A DNA stretch of 32,000 nucleotides from Nitrosopumilaceae archaeon (GCA_035527875.1 DATKZR010000006.1:48746-80745), one strand, 5' to 3'. Positions 1 to 7,787 are shown, counted from the first letter of the stretch. Program-made: numbers and translations. The notes: generated from the letters alone by a model not told the origin.

Positions 1-1510
1 GTTTCAGCAAGAAATATGGAGCAAGGTTCCTCATCTAGATGAGGGCCAAGGAAAGGTTGTCAACCCAACACCACTTGTTGATATTACTAAAGATTTGAAA
101 GATTGTGCAAAAAACGTGTACAACCTAAATCTTGTAAATACAGATCTGGAGGTTTTTGGCAAGTATGATTCAAACTTGCTAACAGGCTCGATTAAAGTCA
201 GGCCAGCAGTTCACATTATTCATGATGCCATTGTTACTGGGAAGCTTAAGAGTGGACAGACAATAATCGAAGCCACCTCAGGTAACTTTGGGATAGCCCT
301 TGGACAGTTATCTAAACTTGGATTAGATGTAATTGCGCTTGTATCAAGAAGACTGCAAGAAGGAGTCTTTGAGGAATTGAGAAGCGAGAAGATACGTATC
401 ATGGACCTTGATATGGATATTTGTCCCGCTCCAGGAATGAAAGATAGCCCAAATCTTTTAGCTGCAAAAGCAGCGGCAGCTAATATTCGCTCACAGTTAT
501 CTGAACTTGGGTTTGACCCGGCCATTTTTGACAAAGAGAGTTCTGAGATACAATCACTTTTAGCTAGTCAAGACATCATAAACCTGGCAAAGTTTCTTGC
601 CAAGATTTATGGTTGTTTCTGTCCTGAACAATATGACAATGAGCTGAATATTGATGTTCATAGAACTGTAACTGCAGTTGAGATAGACCAGCAATTACAT
701 GAAAAAGGAAATTCACTTGCAAACTTTAAGATTGTCTGCACTTTTGGTACGGGAGGTACGTCAGGTGGCTTGAGCAAATATGTATTTGAAAAATATGGAA
801 AAAAGTCGCTACATATAGTATTTCCATCAGCAGGTCAAGATGTTGCAGGAATTAGAACAAAAGACAAGGCATCTGGCTTGAAATTGTATGAACCTGAGAT
901 ATATGCAGGAGAACATGAAGTAGATTTTGAGCAAGCAAAACCTCTTCTAAAGTTTTTTGTGGAAAAAGGACACGACATTGGCGAAAGTAGTGCTCTTGCA
1001 CTTTATGCGATAATACAAATGGCAAACTTTGGCGGCGGTGGAAAGTTTGTTGTAATAATTGCTGATGGGATACAAAAGTACAAAAAGAATCTGGAGGAAA
1101 TGGCCAAAAAACATAATCGTACTCAGGTCTCCCTACAGGAAGCTGTGTCAAATGTAGATGATTATGATAGGATAATTTGGATTCATACCCAGTATACTCC
1201 ACGCGAAGAAGGAATTGAGCTTATTGCAAAATCCCTCGGCGTTGATAAAGCAAAGATCTCTGTTCCAAAGGCAAGGACCATTGAGCAGTTATTAGCAACA
1301 CAGCAAATACCAGAAGAGCTAAGCAAAGATCTGCAAGGGTCTAAAGGCAAATCTTTGCTAGTTTGTATGGCTGGAAATACTTCCTTGATGGGCGTTAAAG
1401 TACTTGCAGGCAAGGGCGTTGTAACTGAAAGTTTGATAGGTGGAATTACAGAATTGCCTCAAGGAAAAGGCAGACAACTTTCTGAATTGATCAGAGAAGC
1501 TAGTGAATAG
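1..1510 (+). CDS. PLP-dependent cysteine-synthase/CBS-family (Trp-synthase-beta fold) enzyme fused to a C-terminal rhodanese-like domain; 5' end runs off the window
   Basis: The frame of ORF 95..1510 (TTG at 95) stays open back to nt 2 and reads ...GKVVNPTPLVDIT, the N-terminal TPL motif of this fold. GSIKVRPA sits where the PLP-lysine motif GSxKDR lies. TSGNFGIALG is also present. The C-terminal LLVCMAGNTSLMGVKVLAGKG...GGI resembles the rhodanese CxxGxxS catalytic loop. Confidence 0.75.
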   Translation, partial: FQQEIWSKVPHLDEGQGKVVNPTPLVDITKDLKDCAKNVYNLNLVNTDLEVFGKYDSNLLTGSIKVRPAVHIIHDAIVTGKLKSGQTIIEATSGNFGIALGQLSKLGLDVIALVSRRLQEGVFEELRSEKIRIMDLDMDICPAPGMKDSPNLLAAKAAAANIRSQLSELGFDPAIFDKESSEIQSLLASQDIINLAKFLAKIYGCFCPEQYDNELNIDVHRTVTAVEIDQQLHEKGNSLANFKIVCTFGTGGTSGGLSKYVFEKYGKKSLHIVFPSAGQDVAGIRTKDKASGLKLYEPEIYAGEHEVDFEQAKPLLKFFVEKGHDIGESSALALYAIIQMANFGGGGKFVVIIADGIQKYKKNLEEMAKKHNRTQVSLQEAVSNVDDYDRIIWIHTQYTPREEGIELIAKSLGVDKAKISVPKARTIEQLLATQQIPEELSKDLQGSKGKSLLVCMAGNTSLMGVKVLAGKGVVTESLIGGITELPQGKGRQLSELIREASE

Positions 1511-1607
1511 CAGCATACTTTAATTTTTTACCAAAAATGGAATTGAAATAAAGTCGGGTTAACTATTAGATTATTTTAAAATAAAAAATTAAAATTCATT
1601 AAAAAAT

Positions 1608-2636
1608 TTATTCCTCTACAATGAATAAACCTATCATTCCAGCATCTGCATGACTGACTACATGGCAATGATACAACCACATTGCGGGTTTGTCTGGTGT
1701 TACAATGAATGTTTCAAGAGTTCCTTGAACCAAAGGGACAGTTGTTCCCTGAATATTTGTTCCACGTTGAACGGCAGAAGATGTCATCTGTAACCCGTGT
1801 AAGTGAAATGAATGAATCACATCACCAAGATTAATAACATGAAACTGGACAGTTTCTCCAACCTTAGCTTTGAATACGGGTAACGTGTAATTGAATTGTG
1901 TTGCAACTCCTTCAATTCCCTGCTCTTTGAATATTTCGCCTAATGCGTGTTCACCGCCGGGCATTCCTTTACCATTCATGATAAAGTATGGTGTTGGACC
2001 CGGAGCAGTTCTCTCAACATCAAAACCAATCTCCCCCATTACGATAACAATATCCCTATCAACATAGGTTTTGGGCGGATCTCTCTCTACAATAATTGCC
2101 CCATACAATCCTTGCTGAATATGATCTTTTATTCCACGTCCTTCAGAGGATGCATGATCATGGAAGAAAGTGGTTCCCCAATTATCCATGTTGTACTCAT
2201 ATGTCCACTCACCGCCAGGAGGAATCATTGAACCTGCACCTATCCCAGTAATGGTGTTTACTGGCGAGCCATCATGTTTCATGTCATAGTCTGTCAAATG
2301 TGCATGGAAACTATGGGTTAAATTGTGATTGTTAATGACTCTGACACGTAATAATTCACCTTGATTTACCATGAGAGTTGGCGCAGGGACAGTTCCATTG
2401 AATGTCCAAGCGTGCCAAATTGCATTATCTGAAACTTGAATGTCTGTTGCGTTAATTACAAGAGTATATTCGCGAACTTTTTGCTCTTCAGCTTCAACTA
2501 TTGGAGCATTAATTTCTTGAGATATGCCTTGTGTTTGTGAATCTAAATCTAGTAAAAATTGATCATTATTACTAATTGCTATTGCAAATATTACGATTAA
2601 AATTGGAATTGCTACTAAACCATATTTCAGATTCAT
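1608..2636 (-). CDS. Two-domain (small-laccase/SLAC-like) multicopper oxidase with N-terminal signal/anchor helix
   Basis: Copper-ligand motifs occur in canonical order: HSFHAH, FFHDH, HSFHLHG, HCHVVSHADAGM (HCH plus H and M, indicating type-1 Cu plus a trinuclear site). At ~340 aa there are only two cupredoxin domains. I prefer the ATG at 2636 (MNLKYGLVAIPILIV...) over the TTG at 2660 used by the ORF track. Confidence 0.85.
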   Translation of the reverse strand: MNLKYGLVAIPILIVIFAIAISNNDQFLLDLDSQTQGISQEINAPIVEAEEQKVREYTLVINATDIQVSDNAIWHAWTFNGTVPAPTLMVNQGELLRVRVINNHNLTHSFHAHLTDYDMKHDGSPVNTITGIGAGSMIPPGGEWTYEYNMDNWGTTFFHDHASSEGRGIKDHIQQGLYGAIIVERDPPKTYVDRDIVIVMGEIGFDVERTAPGPTPYFIMNGKGMPGGEHALGEIFKEQGIEGVATQFNYTLPVFKAKVGETVQFHVINLGDVIHSFHLHGLQMTSSAVQRGTNIQGTTVPLVQGTLETFIVTPDKPAMWLYHCHVVSHADAGMIGLFIVEE

Positions 2637-2792
2637 GTTTTTTTCCCAAATGTTGTTCAATTAAACTTGGGCTCTGTTCTTAATGTTAGTAATAAGAGAT
2701 TGATTATTATTGTATCAAAATTAAATTTACATTAAAACAATTTTCTAAATCATCTAATACCCCTAGTATTTGTTAAATTTCTACCAGAGATC

Positions 2793-3215
2793 TCAAGTTG
2801 TCACAAGAACAGGAATTGTGGCGTTTTGTACTAGAGCATTTGAAACACTTCCCAAAGAAGCACTTGTAGTTTTTGTAAGGCCCCTTCTGCCCATGATTAC
2901 AACATCAAATTTACCGGTATTCATAAAATTTAGTAATTCTGTAGTAGTATTTCCATAAAGGATTTTTTCGTTTAGAACAATTTTTCTTTTTAATGCCTCT
3001 TGTTCTATTGGAGTAAGAAATTATAATTCATGACGGAGAATTGAATCCTTGTGCGGTTGAATGATTTTTGCCACAGTTTCATCATAGGAGATCACATGTG
3101 CCAAAGTTAAAGCAGCACCTGTTAATTCTGCCATGTTGAGGGCTTTGTCTAAAGCCCTTTTTGAATGAGCAGAGTCATCATATGGGACGAGAATATTTCC
3201 AAATATTTTTGCCAT
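2793..3215 (-). pseudogene. Universal stress protein (UspA family) interrupted by one in-frame TAA at 3021..3023
   Basis: The N-terminal part is MAKIFGNILVPYDDSAHSKRALDKAL...LAHVI (ORF 3021..3221). The same frame continues after the TAA for 75 codons to TGA at 2793..2795. That stretch encodes ...KFDVVIMGRRGLTKTTSASLGSVSNALVQNATIPVLV, the USP G-x2-G-x9-GS ATP-binding tail. Confidence 0.7.
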
Positions 3216-3338
3216 GAGCACATTATCAATTATTTAGTTGATAGAGAAGCGTACAAATATCAAAATTGATAATTTTGTCATTTCAAATGAAATAGATTAG
3301 GAATTATTTTTTGGGAAATATGAATATTGAGAAATTCC

Positions 3339-3842
3339 TTAAATTATGCGATTATTGATAAGATGTTCTAATCCTGAAACAAATTCGGCATCAGAAACTA
3401 GCCCATCTGCCCACCAACCATCTGTGTTTTTGATCCAATGAGGAGTTTGTAGCTCTGATGAGGAAGTTTGAGAAATTTCATCATCACTTAATGTTATCAA
3501 ATCTTGTTCAATTAGGAATTTTATTCCAGAAGCAAACTCATTGTCGTTTAATTGTCCACTAGCCCACCATTTTGCGTTTGACTTCAACCAGCTTGGGAGT
3601 TGTTCATCAACAGATGTATTAGTTATTTTATCCGATTGATGTTTTTCAAAATAATCTACTCCATTTTACCCATAGTCAGACTTGTCACCTTTGAATGGAC
3701 AAGATTTGGAGCCGTCTTCAGAGTTTGCAAAGGCACTTGATTGCAATCCTACAAGTAGAACTAGAGAAAGGGTTACACTTGCCGCAATAGCCCAAGTATT
3801 CATATCATTACTGTAGTCTGTTTTAATTTTTAAAGATTTCAT
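3339..3842 (-). pseudogene. Secreted protein with two WWAxG...EFxSG repeats, interrupted by one in-frame TAA at 3666..3668
   Basis: ATG at 3842 or 3803 gives the signal peptide (MKSLKIKTDYSND)MNTWAIAASVTLSLVLLVGLQSSAFA. The same frame hits TAA after ...KGDKSDYG, then continues NGVDYFEKHQ...LPSWLKSNAKWWASG into track ORF 3339..3587. That track ORF has only a TTG start, placed inside the first repeat. Confidence 0.6.
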
Positions 3843-3948
3843 ACTTTTTCATACGTTCTAGTAGACGTTACAAATAGGATAATATCCAAGTCAAAAAAAA
3901 TCTACCTTTCATTTTAGAAAAATTTTTGAGAATAATTTGAAGCTAATT

Positions 3949-4311
3949 TTAGATTGCTGATTCGCCTTTTTCTTTTGTGCAAATATCGAGAGCATCCTCA
4001 ACGTTTGTTACAAAGACTTTGCCATCTCCTTTAGTACCGGTACACGCAACATTTGCAATTGAATCTAAAACAGCATCTACCTTAGAATCAGGAACAACGG
4101 TAACAATTGCCTCTTTTGAAAAGTACTGTCCAACCAAAGGTGGTTCTGCTGCACCTTGACCTTGTGTATGCCAAATTGTTACTCCTCCAACACCAACTGC
4201 TTTGATGGCACTTACTACTTTGTCTTTCATTGCTGGTGGAACAACAACTTCTATTTTCTTCATAGTTTTTCTTGCTGTTTTGGCCCTTTTAAACTTGGTG
4301 TGGTTTTGCAT
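3949..4311 (-). CDS. P-II (GlnB/GlnK)-like signal-transduction protein with a short, atypical T-loop
   Basis: MKKIEVVVPP...VGVGGVTIW...TGTKGDGKVFVTNVEDALDI matches the P-II beta-alpha-beta layout and the GDGKIF B-loop. An alternative start, ATG at 4263, removes a basic 16-aa extension. Confidence 0.8.
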   Translation of the reverse strand: MQNHTKFKRAKTARKTMKKIEVVVPPAMKDKVVSAIKAVGVGGVTIWHTQGQGAAEPPLVGQYFSKEAIVTVVPDSKVDAVLDSIANVACTGTKGDGKVFVTNVEDALDICTKEKGESAI

Positions 4312-4370
4312 TTTTAGAAAATTGATCTTGCAAGATGTTAAAGTTTTGAATTGTTTTTTGGGAAAATGTT

Positions 4371-4748
4371 CTATCCAATAGAAAAGGTAGGATCTTTGTA
4401 AATAACTTCGTTTAGAAGTGCATCAAGAATCTGCTTTTGACCACCTGCATTATCAATTGTCACCAACAAAATTCTGTCATCAGACAAAGGCATTGTTACT
4501 CTACGTAGTTTTTCATAAACTGCTATTGTGTACAGTCCACGTCCAATCTCATCGACATGCTTCATTCGAGATTTCCAAGCAGAAGCTGCATGGCGTAGTG
4601 TATCTTTAGTGGATTCTGGAGACAAGAAAAGATTGGCCCCTTCCCTTCTTTTTGAGGCAATCATGTTACCATCTAAATCACTTATAGCCACAAATCTTAT
4701 GTTATCATCAATTCCTAAAATTTTATCCATTTGAGCAGAATCAGACAT
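4371..4748 (-). CDS. Uncharacterised ~120-aa protein, paralogue 1 of 3 (possibly a Roadblock/LC7-like fold)
   Basis: It is an ATG-started ORF. It shares IRF[AV], an RE[GD] segment, Y..A.Y.K..R and LLLV[ST] blocks with ORFs 5272..5634 and 11040..11399. Confidence 0.7.
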   Translation of the reverse strand: MSDSAQMDKILGIDDNIRFVAISDLDGNMIASKRREGANLFLSPESTKDTLRHAASAWKSRMKHVDEIGRGLYTIAVYEKLRRVTMPLSDDRILLVTIDNAGGQKQILDALLNEVIYKDPTFSIG

Positions 4749-4875
4749 TTCCTATTTTAATAATGGGTGCTAAAATTTAAAGATGATTCTCTATGTTTAA
4801 AGGAAACAATCAAAAATTAACAAATCGATTTTAAATTGGGCAAATTGTTTTATGTGTAAAGAATTTTGAGATTTT

Positions 4876-5025
4876 ATGGGATTATTTTCTCGAAAAACCG
4901 AAGTGGTCATTACTAATGTTTGTCCAAAATGCAGCATGGCTTTCTCAGATCCTCAAAGGACCTTACGTCATATTGCCAAGGCCCATAAACCAAAAAGTAA
5001 ATTTGAATGCAAATCGTGTGGTTAG
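4876..5025 (+). CDS. Small C2H2-type zinc-finger protein (49 aa), below the ORF-track size cut-off
   Basis: The translation is MGLFSRKTEVVITNVCPKCSMAFSDPQRTLRHIAKAHKPKSKFECKSCG. It fits C-x2-C-x12-H-x4-H exactly and has a terminal CxxC. It lies 18 nt upstream of the next + strand ORF. Confidence 0.55.
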   Translation: MGLFSRKTEVVITNVCPKCSMAFSDPQRTLRHIAKAHKPKSKFECKSCG

Positions 5026-5043
5026 AAATTAAAAGGTATCAAG

Positions 5044-5265
5044 ATGAATCAAGAGTCTAGATCAGATTCAAACATTAAAGACAAAATTAGCATATCAGTC
5101 TTAATTCTTGGCTTAATTTTGGGCGGATTGTCTGCAATGTTTTATCTAATGGAAGATTTTAAAACATCCCAAGTCTTGTTGTATCCTTTGGGTTTGTGTT
5201 TTTTGGTTTGGTTTGCAACTCGAAGAAATGGATGTGGAAGTTGTAACCAAGTTTCCAATTTATAA
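5044..5265 (+). CDS. Small membrane protein (two predicted TM helices, C-terminal CGSC)
   Basis: It has an ATG start, hydrophobic stretches ISISVLILGLILGGLSAMFYL and VLLYPLGLCFLVWFA, and is co-directional with the zinc-finger ORF. Confidence 0.5.
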   Translation: MNQESRSDSNIKDKISISVLILGLILGGLSAMFYLMEDFKTSQVLLYPLGLCFLVWFATRRNGCGSCNQVSNL

Positions 5266-5271
5266 AAAATT

Positions 5272-5634
5272 TTAGTTCTGATTTTTGTAATAAAGTTTGA
5301 TGACCTTATCTACTACCTGGTTAGTGTCTGCATCTTTTTCAGCACTGACTAGAAGCAAGTGTTCATCTCCTAGATAAAAGGAAAATCGTTTTACTTTATC
5401 GTATTCGGCCAAAGTGTAAATGGTTTTTCCAAGCCACTTTGACATTTCTTTTCGTGCCTTCCAATCCATAACAGATAGATTTACTAGCTCATTTTCTTTG
5501 TGGTCTGAAAGCAAGTTTGATACCCCTTCACGTATACCTCCGCCAACGCGAGCAGCCCATTCATCATATGCAGTTGCAAATCTGATTTTAGGGTCGGATT
5601 CTAAAATTTGCGAGCAAAAATTTTCATAATCCAT
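5272..5634 (-). CDS. Uncharacterised ~120-aa protein, paralogue 2 of 3
   Basis: The blocks PKIRFATAYDE, IREGV, IYTLAEYDKVKRFSF and HLLLVSAEKD align with paralogues 1 and 3. Confidence 0.7.
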   Translation of the reverse strand: MDYENFCSQILESDPKIRFATAYDEWAARVGGGIREGVSNLLSDHKENELVNLSVMDWKARKEMSKWLGKTIYTLAEYDKVKRFSFYLGDEHLLLVSAEKDADTNQVVDKVIKLYYKNQN

Positions 5635-5738
5635 AGTTATCTCATATTCTCGTAATTATTAGAGTTTTATCTATTCCAAATTTACATGAATTATATTTTT
5701 AGGAATGAAGAACAACTGTAAGATATTTTGATACTGGC

Positions 5739-6887
5739 CTAGTCGATTCGTTGACTTTCTGAGACTTTCCAGCAGTGATCATAAGTGAACAAGTCCACTC
5801 CACCAAGTCGGTCAATCCATTTTGGTACTACTTCATCAGCACACTGTTGTGTAATGGTGTCTGCATATACCTGAAAGACTAGCCAAAGATTTCCAAACCC
5901 TACTTTCTGACCTATTTCCATAAAGGAAACTTCTTGGTTGGCTTTAGCAGCACTGGCCTGAATATCTTCAAAGTATTCTTGTTGTATTGTTACATCCTCA
6001 ACTGTGCCTAACCGAGTTAGGTGACCACCAACAAAGACATCAAAATCATATTCAAGAATTTTTTCAGGAGCTACCAGGAATGCTGGGACGTCTTGAGCCA
6101 TTGCTAAATCTTTGAATGGAGTCCATCCTGGAAATACTAGATCAACTACCATGAGAACTTTTTGGTTTGGAGCATAAATGAAAATGTTCCCCGGCTCATG
6201 CATCGGTCCATTATATTCTAATTCTAATTTTTGTCTTCCAACCTCAAGCGTATACTTGTCATCAAATGTTACTGTAGGTATTGGTCTGTTTGGATCATTT
6301 CTTTGTGTAAGTGTGTCAAATACATCTTGATGCGCAATGTAAACTGCATCATCTGGGAAAATACTTGCGGATCCGATATGATCATTGTGAGTATGGCTGT
6401 ATATCACATGAGTAACAGGTTCTTCTGTAACTTCTGCAATTGCCTTAAGATAGTTTTGTCCAATTGATGGCGGAGCATCAACTGCAATTACTCCCTGACC
6501 TGTAGTTAGAAATATTGTATTGTATGCACCATCAGTAACCCAATATAGGCCATCGCTAATTTCTTCAACCAGATATCCCTTTGAAAAATTGATTTGAGGA
6601 CCAAAAGAAGTATCTGGTAAAGTAGCCGCAGTAGTCATCTTTTCTGGATGGGAAATGGTTTCCATTTCTGATTCAAAAGATTTGATTTGATCTACAGGTT
6701 CAGCTATTCCTGATTTGTACCAGTTTCCAGCTGTTGGAGGATTTAAACAAGCATATTTTTCAGCATTTATTCTGTAAACTAAAATTTTTCCCTCGGTACA
6801 AAATAGATCAGATTCTTGACTAAATGATTCCTGAATTGTAAAAAGGCTAACAAAAAGTAACGAGAAAAAGATTAAAACAAATTTCAT
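5739..6887 (-). CDS. Secreted metallo-beta-lactamase-fold hydrolase
   Basis: The signal peptide is MKFVLIFFSLLFVSLFTIQESFS. The HTHNDHIG motif (HxHxDH) is present. A Cys-x16-Cys module lies between the signal peptide and the catalytic domain. Confidence 0.8.
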   Translation of the reverse strand: MKFVLIFFSLLFVSLFTIQESFSQESDLFCTEGKILVYRINAEKYACLNPPTAGNWYKSGIAEPVDQIKSFESEMETISHPEKMTTAATLPDTSFGPQINFSKGYLVEEISDGLYWVTDGAYNTIFLTTGQGVIAVDAPPSIGQNYLKAIAEVTEEPVTHVIYSHTHNDHIGSASIFPDDAVYIAHQDVFDTLTQRNDPNRPIPTVTFDDKYTLEVGRQKLELEYNGPMHEPGNIFIYAPNQKVLMVVDLVFPGWTPFKDLAMAQDVPAFLVAPEKILEYDFDVFVGGHLTRLGTVEDVTIQQEYFEDIQASAAKANQEVSFMEIGQKVGFGNLWLVFQVYADTITQQCADEVVPKWIDRLGGVDLFTYDHCWKVSESQRID

Positions 6888-6908
6888 GCATCCCCTGAAT
6901 CTGAATCT

Positions 6909-6917
6909 TATTTTAAA
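6909..6917 (-). promoter_or_regulatory. TATA-like box (TTTAAAATA on the minus strand) ~22 nt upstream of the MBL-fold gene ATG
   Basis: The spacing is consistent with an archaeal TATA box and a leaderless or near-leaderless transcript. It is flanked by CCCCT/AGGGG 5-nt inverted arms. Confidence 0.4.
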
Positions 6918-7247
6918 CCTTAGGGGTTAACATTATGTATTATTTCTTTAAATCAAATTTTTTCGGTATTTTCATTTATCCAGAAAAACCAATAGATATC
7001 GGCTAAATAATTTTGTTTTTCAAATTAGGTAAAAGGTATTACTTCGACATTTGCTACTCTTTTCTCAAACTTGGTCTTTTCTTCTCTTTTTTGTTGTTTT
7101 CTATCCATTATAAACACAAATTACTTGTAATATGATGTATAGTGCATTATAAAAAATCTAAAAATTTGTACATTTGAAACTAAATTATTGAATAATTTTA
7201 AAGTTTTAAAAAAAATTACTATAATATTATAACTTCAAATAATCTCC

Positions 7248-7355
7248 ATGGAAATTCAAAAATGTGAATGTCCACCTGGTTCACAAAGTTTTGTAGATGA
7301 TGAAAATATGACTATTTGTAGTTCTTGCGGAGGCTGGATAGAGGGACAATATTAA
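7248..7355 (+). CDS. Tiny Cys-rich protein (35 aa, CxC...CxxC)
   Basis: The translation is MEIQKCECPPGSQSFVDDENMTICSSCGGWIEGQY. An A/T-rich TATA-like tract (ataatattat) lies ~20 nt upstream. The next ORF starts 10 nt after its stop. Confidence 0.4.
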   Translation: MEIQKCECPPGSQSFVDDENMTICSSCGGWIEGQY

Positions 7356-7365
7356 AAGTAAGAAG

Positions 7366-7515
7366 ATGGCTCAAGAATTAAAATCGCCAATTAAAGAAAA
7401 CAATTATCATCCGTGTACAGAATGTAAAAATCCTCTTCCGCATAGCCATTGTAAATGCTCCCGCTGTGGTAATCCAGATTGTGTTTGCAAATTTGTAAAG
7501 CATAAGGGAAGGTAA
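7366..7515 (+). CDS. Cys/His-rich small protein (49 aa, 7 Cys + 4 His), putative metal-binding
   Basis: The translation is MAQELKSPIKENNYHPCTECKNPLPHSHCKCSRCGNPDCVCKFVKHKGR. It is packed between two ORFs with 10-nt and 5-nt gaps. Confidence 0.5.
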   Translation: MAQELKSPIKENNYHPCTECKNPLPHSHCKCSRCGNPDCVCKFVKHKGR

Positions 7516-7520
7516 AGAAC

Positions 7521-7787
7521 ATGAGAGATAACATACATCAAGACATTAAAAATCTTGAAAACGACATTTTGCATATTGAAAATAAAATCATAGAATGTAC
7601 ACAACATTACGAAAATGAAGAAGTGAGAAAATCTTTAGGAGAATTAAGATCTGATCTAAAATATTTGTCAGTTATTTCAAACGGTGCTGAAATTGATAAA
7701 AATGAGCATAGAGAAATTATGGATTTTCTACGGATACATTATAACTATTGGCAAGATAAAATGAATCATCATAAAATTTTATCATGA
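7521..7787 (+). CDS. Small helical His-containing hypothetical protein (88 aa)
   Basis: The ATG lies 5 nt after the preceding stop. The composition is coiled-coil-like. The antisense ORF 7407..7607 is judged a shadow. Confidence 0.55.
   Translation: MRDNIHQDIKNLENDILHIENKIIECTQHYENEEVRKSLGELRSDLKYLSVISNGAEIDKNEHREIMDFLRIHYNYWQDKMNHHKILS

Noticed and set aside
220-1413. Minus-strand ORFs 220..534, 852..1202 and 1183..1413.
   Set aside because: They are antisense shadows inside the motif-rich PLP-enzyme gene and their translations have no recognisable features.
1947-2231. The + strand ORF inside the multicopper oxidase gene.
   Set aside because: It is antisense to a gene with four clear copper-binding motifs, so it is a shadow ORF.
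2770-2958. A 62-aa + strand ORF.
   Set aside because: The opposite strand encodes the conserved USP C-terminal half (GRRG...GSVS), so the + ORF is a shadow.
7025-7108. A 27-aa minus-strand micro-ORF (MDRKQQKREEKTKFEKRVANVEVIPFT) in the 360-nt gap upstream of the MBL-fold gene.
   Set aside because: It is too short and too low in complexity to support without conservation or expression data.
7295-7301. An ATGATGA string resembling a C-box, raising the possibility of a C/D-box sRNA given that nop5 and flpA are in the window.
   Set aside because: No matching D/D' (CTGA) boxes occur at appropriate spacing and no terminal stem is present. The string lies inside a plausible small ORF.
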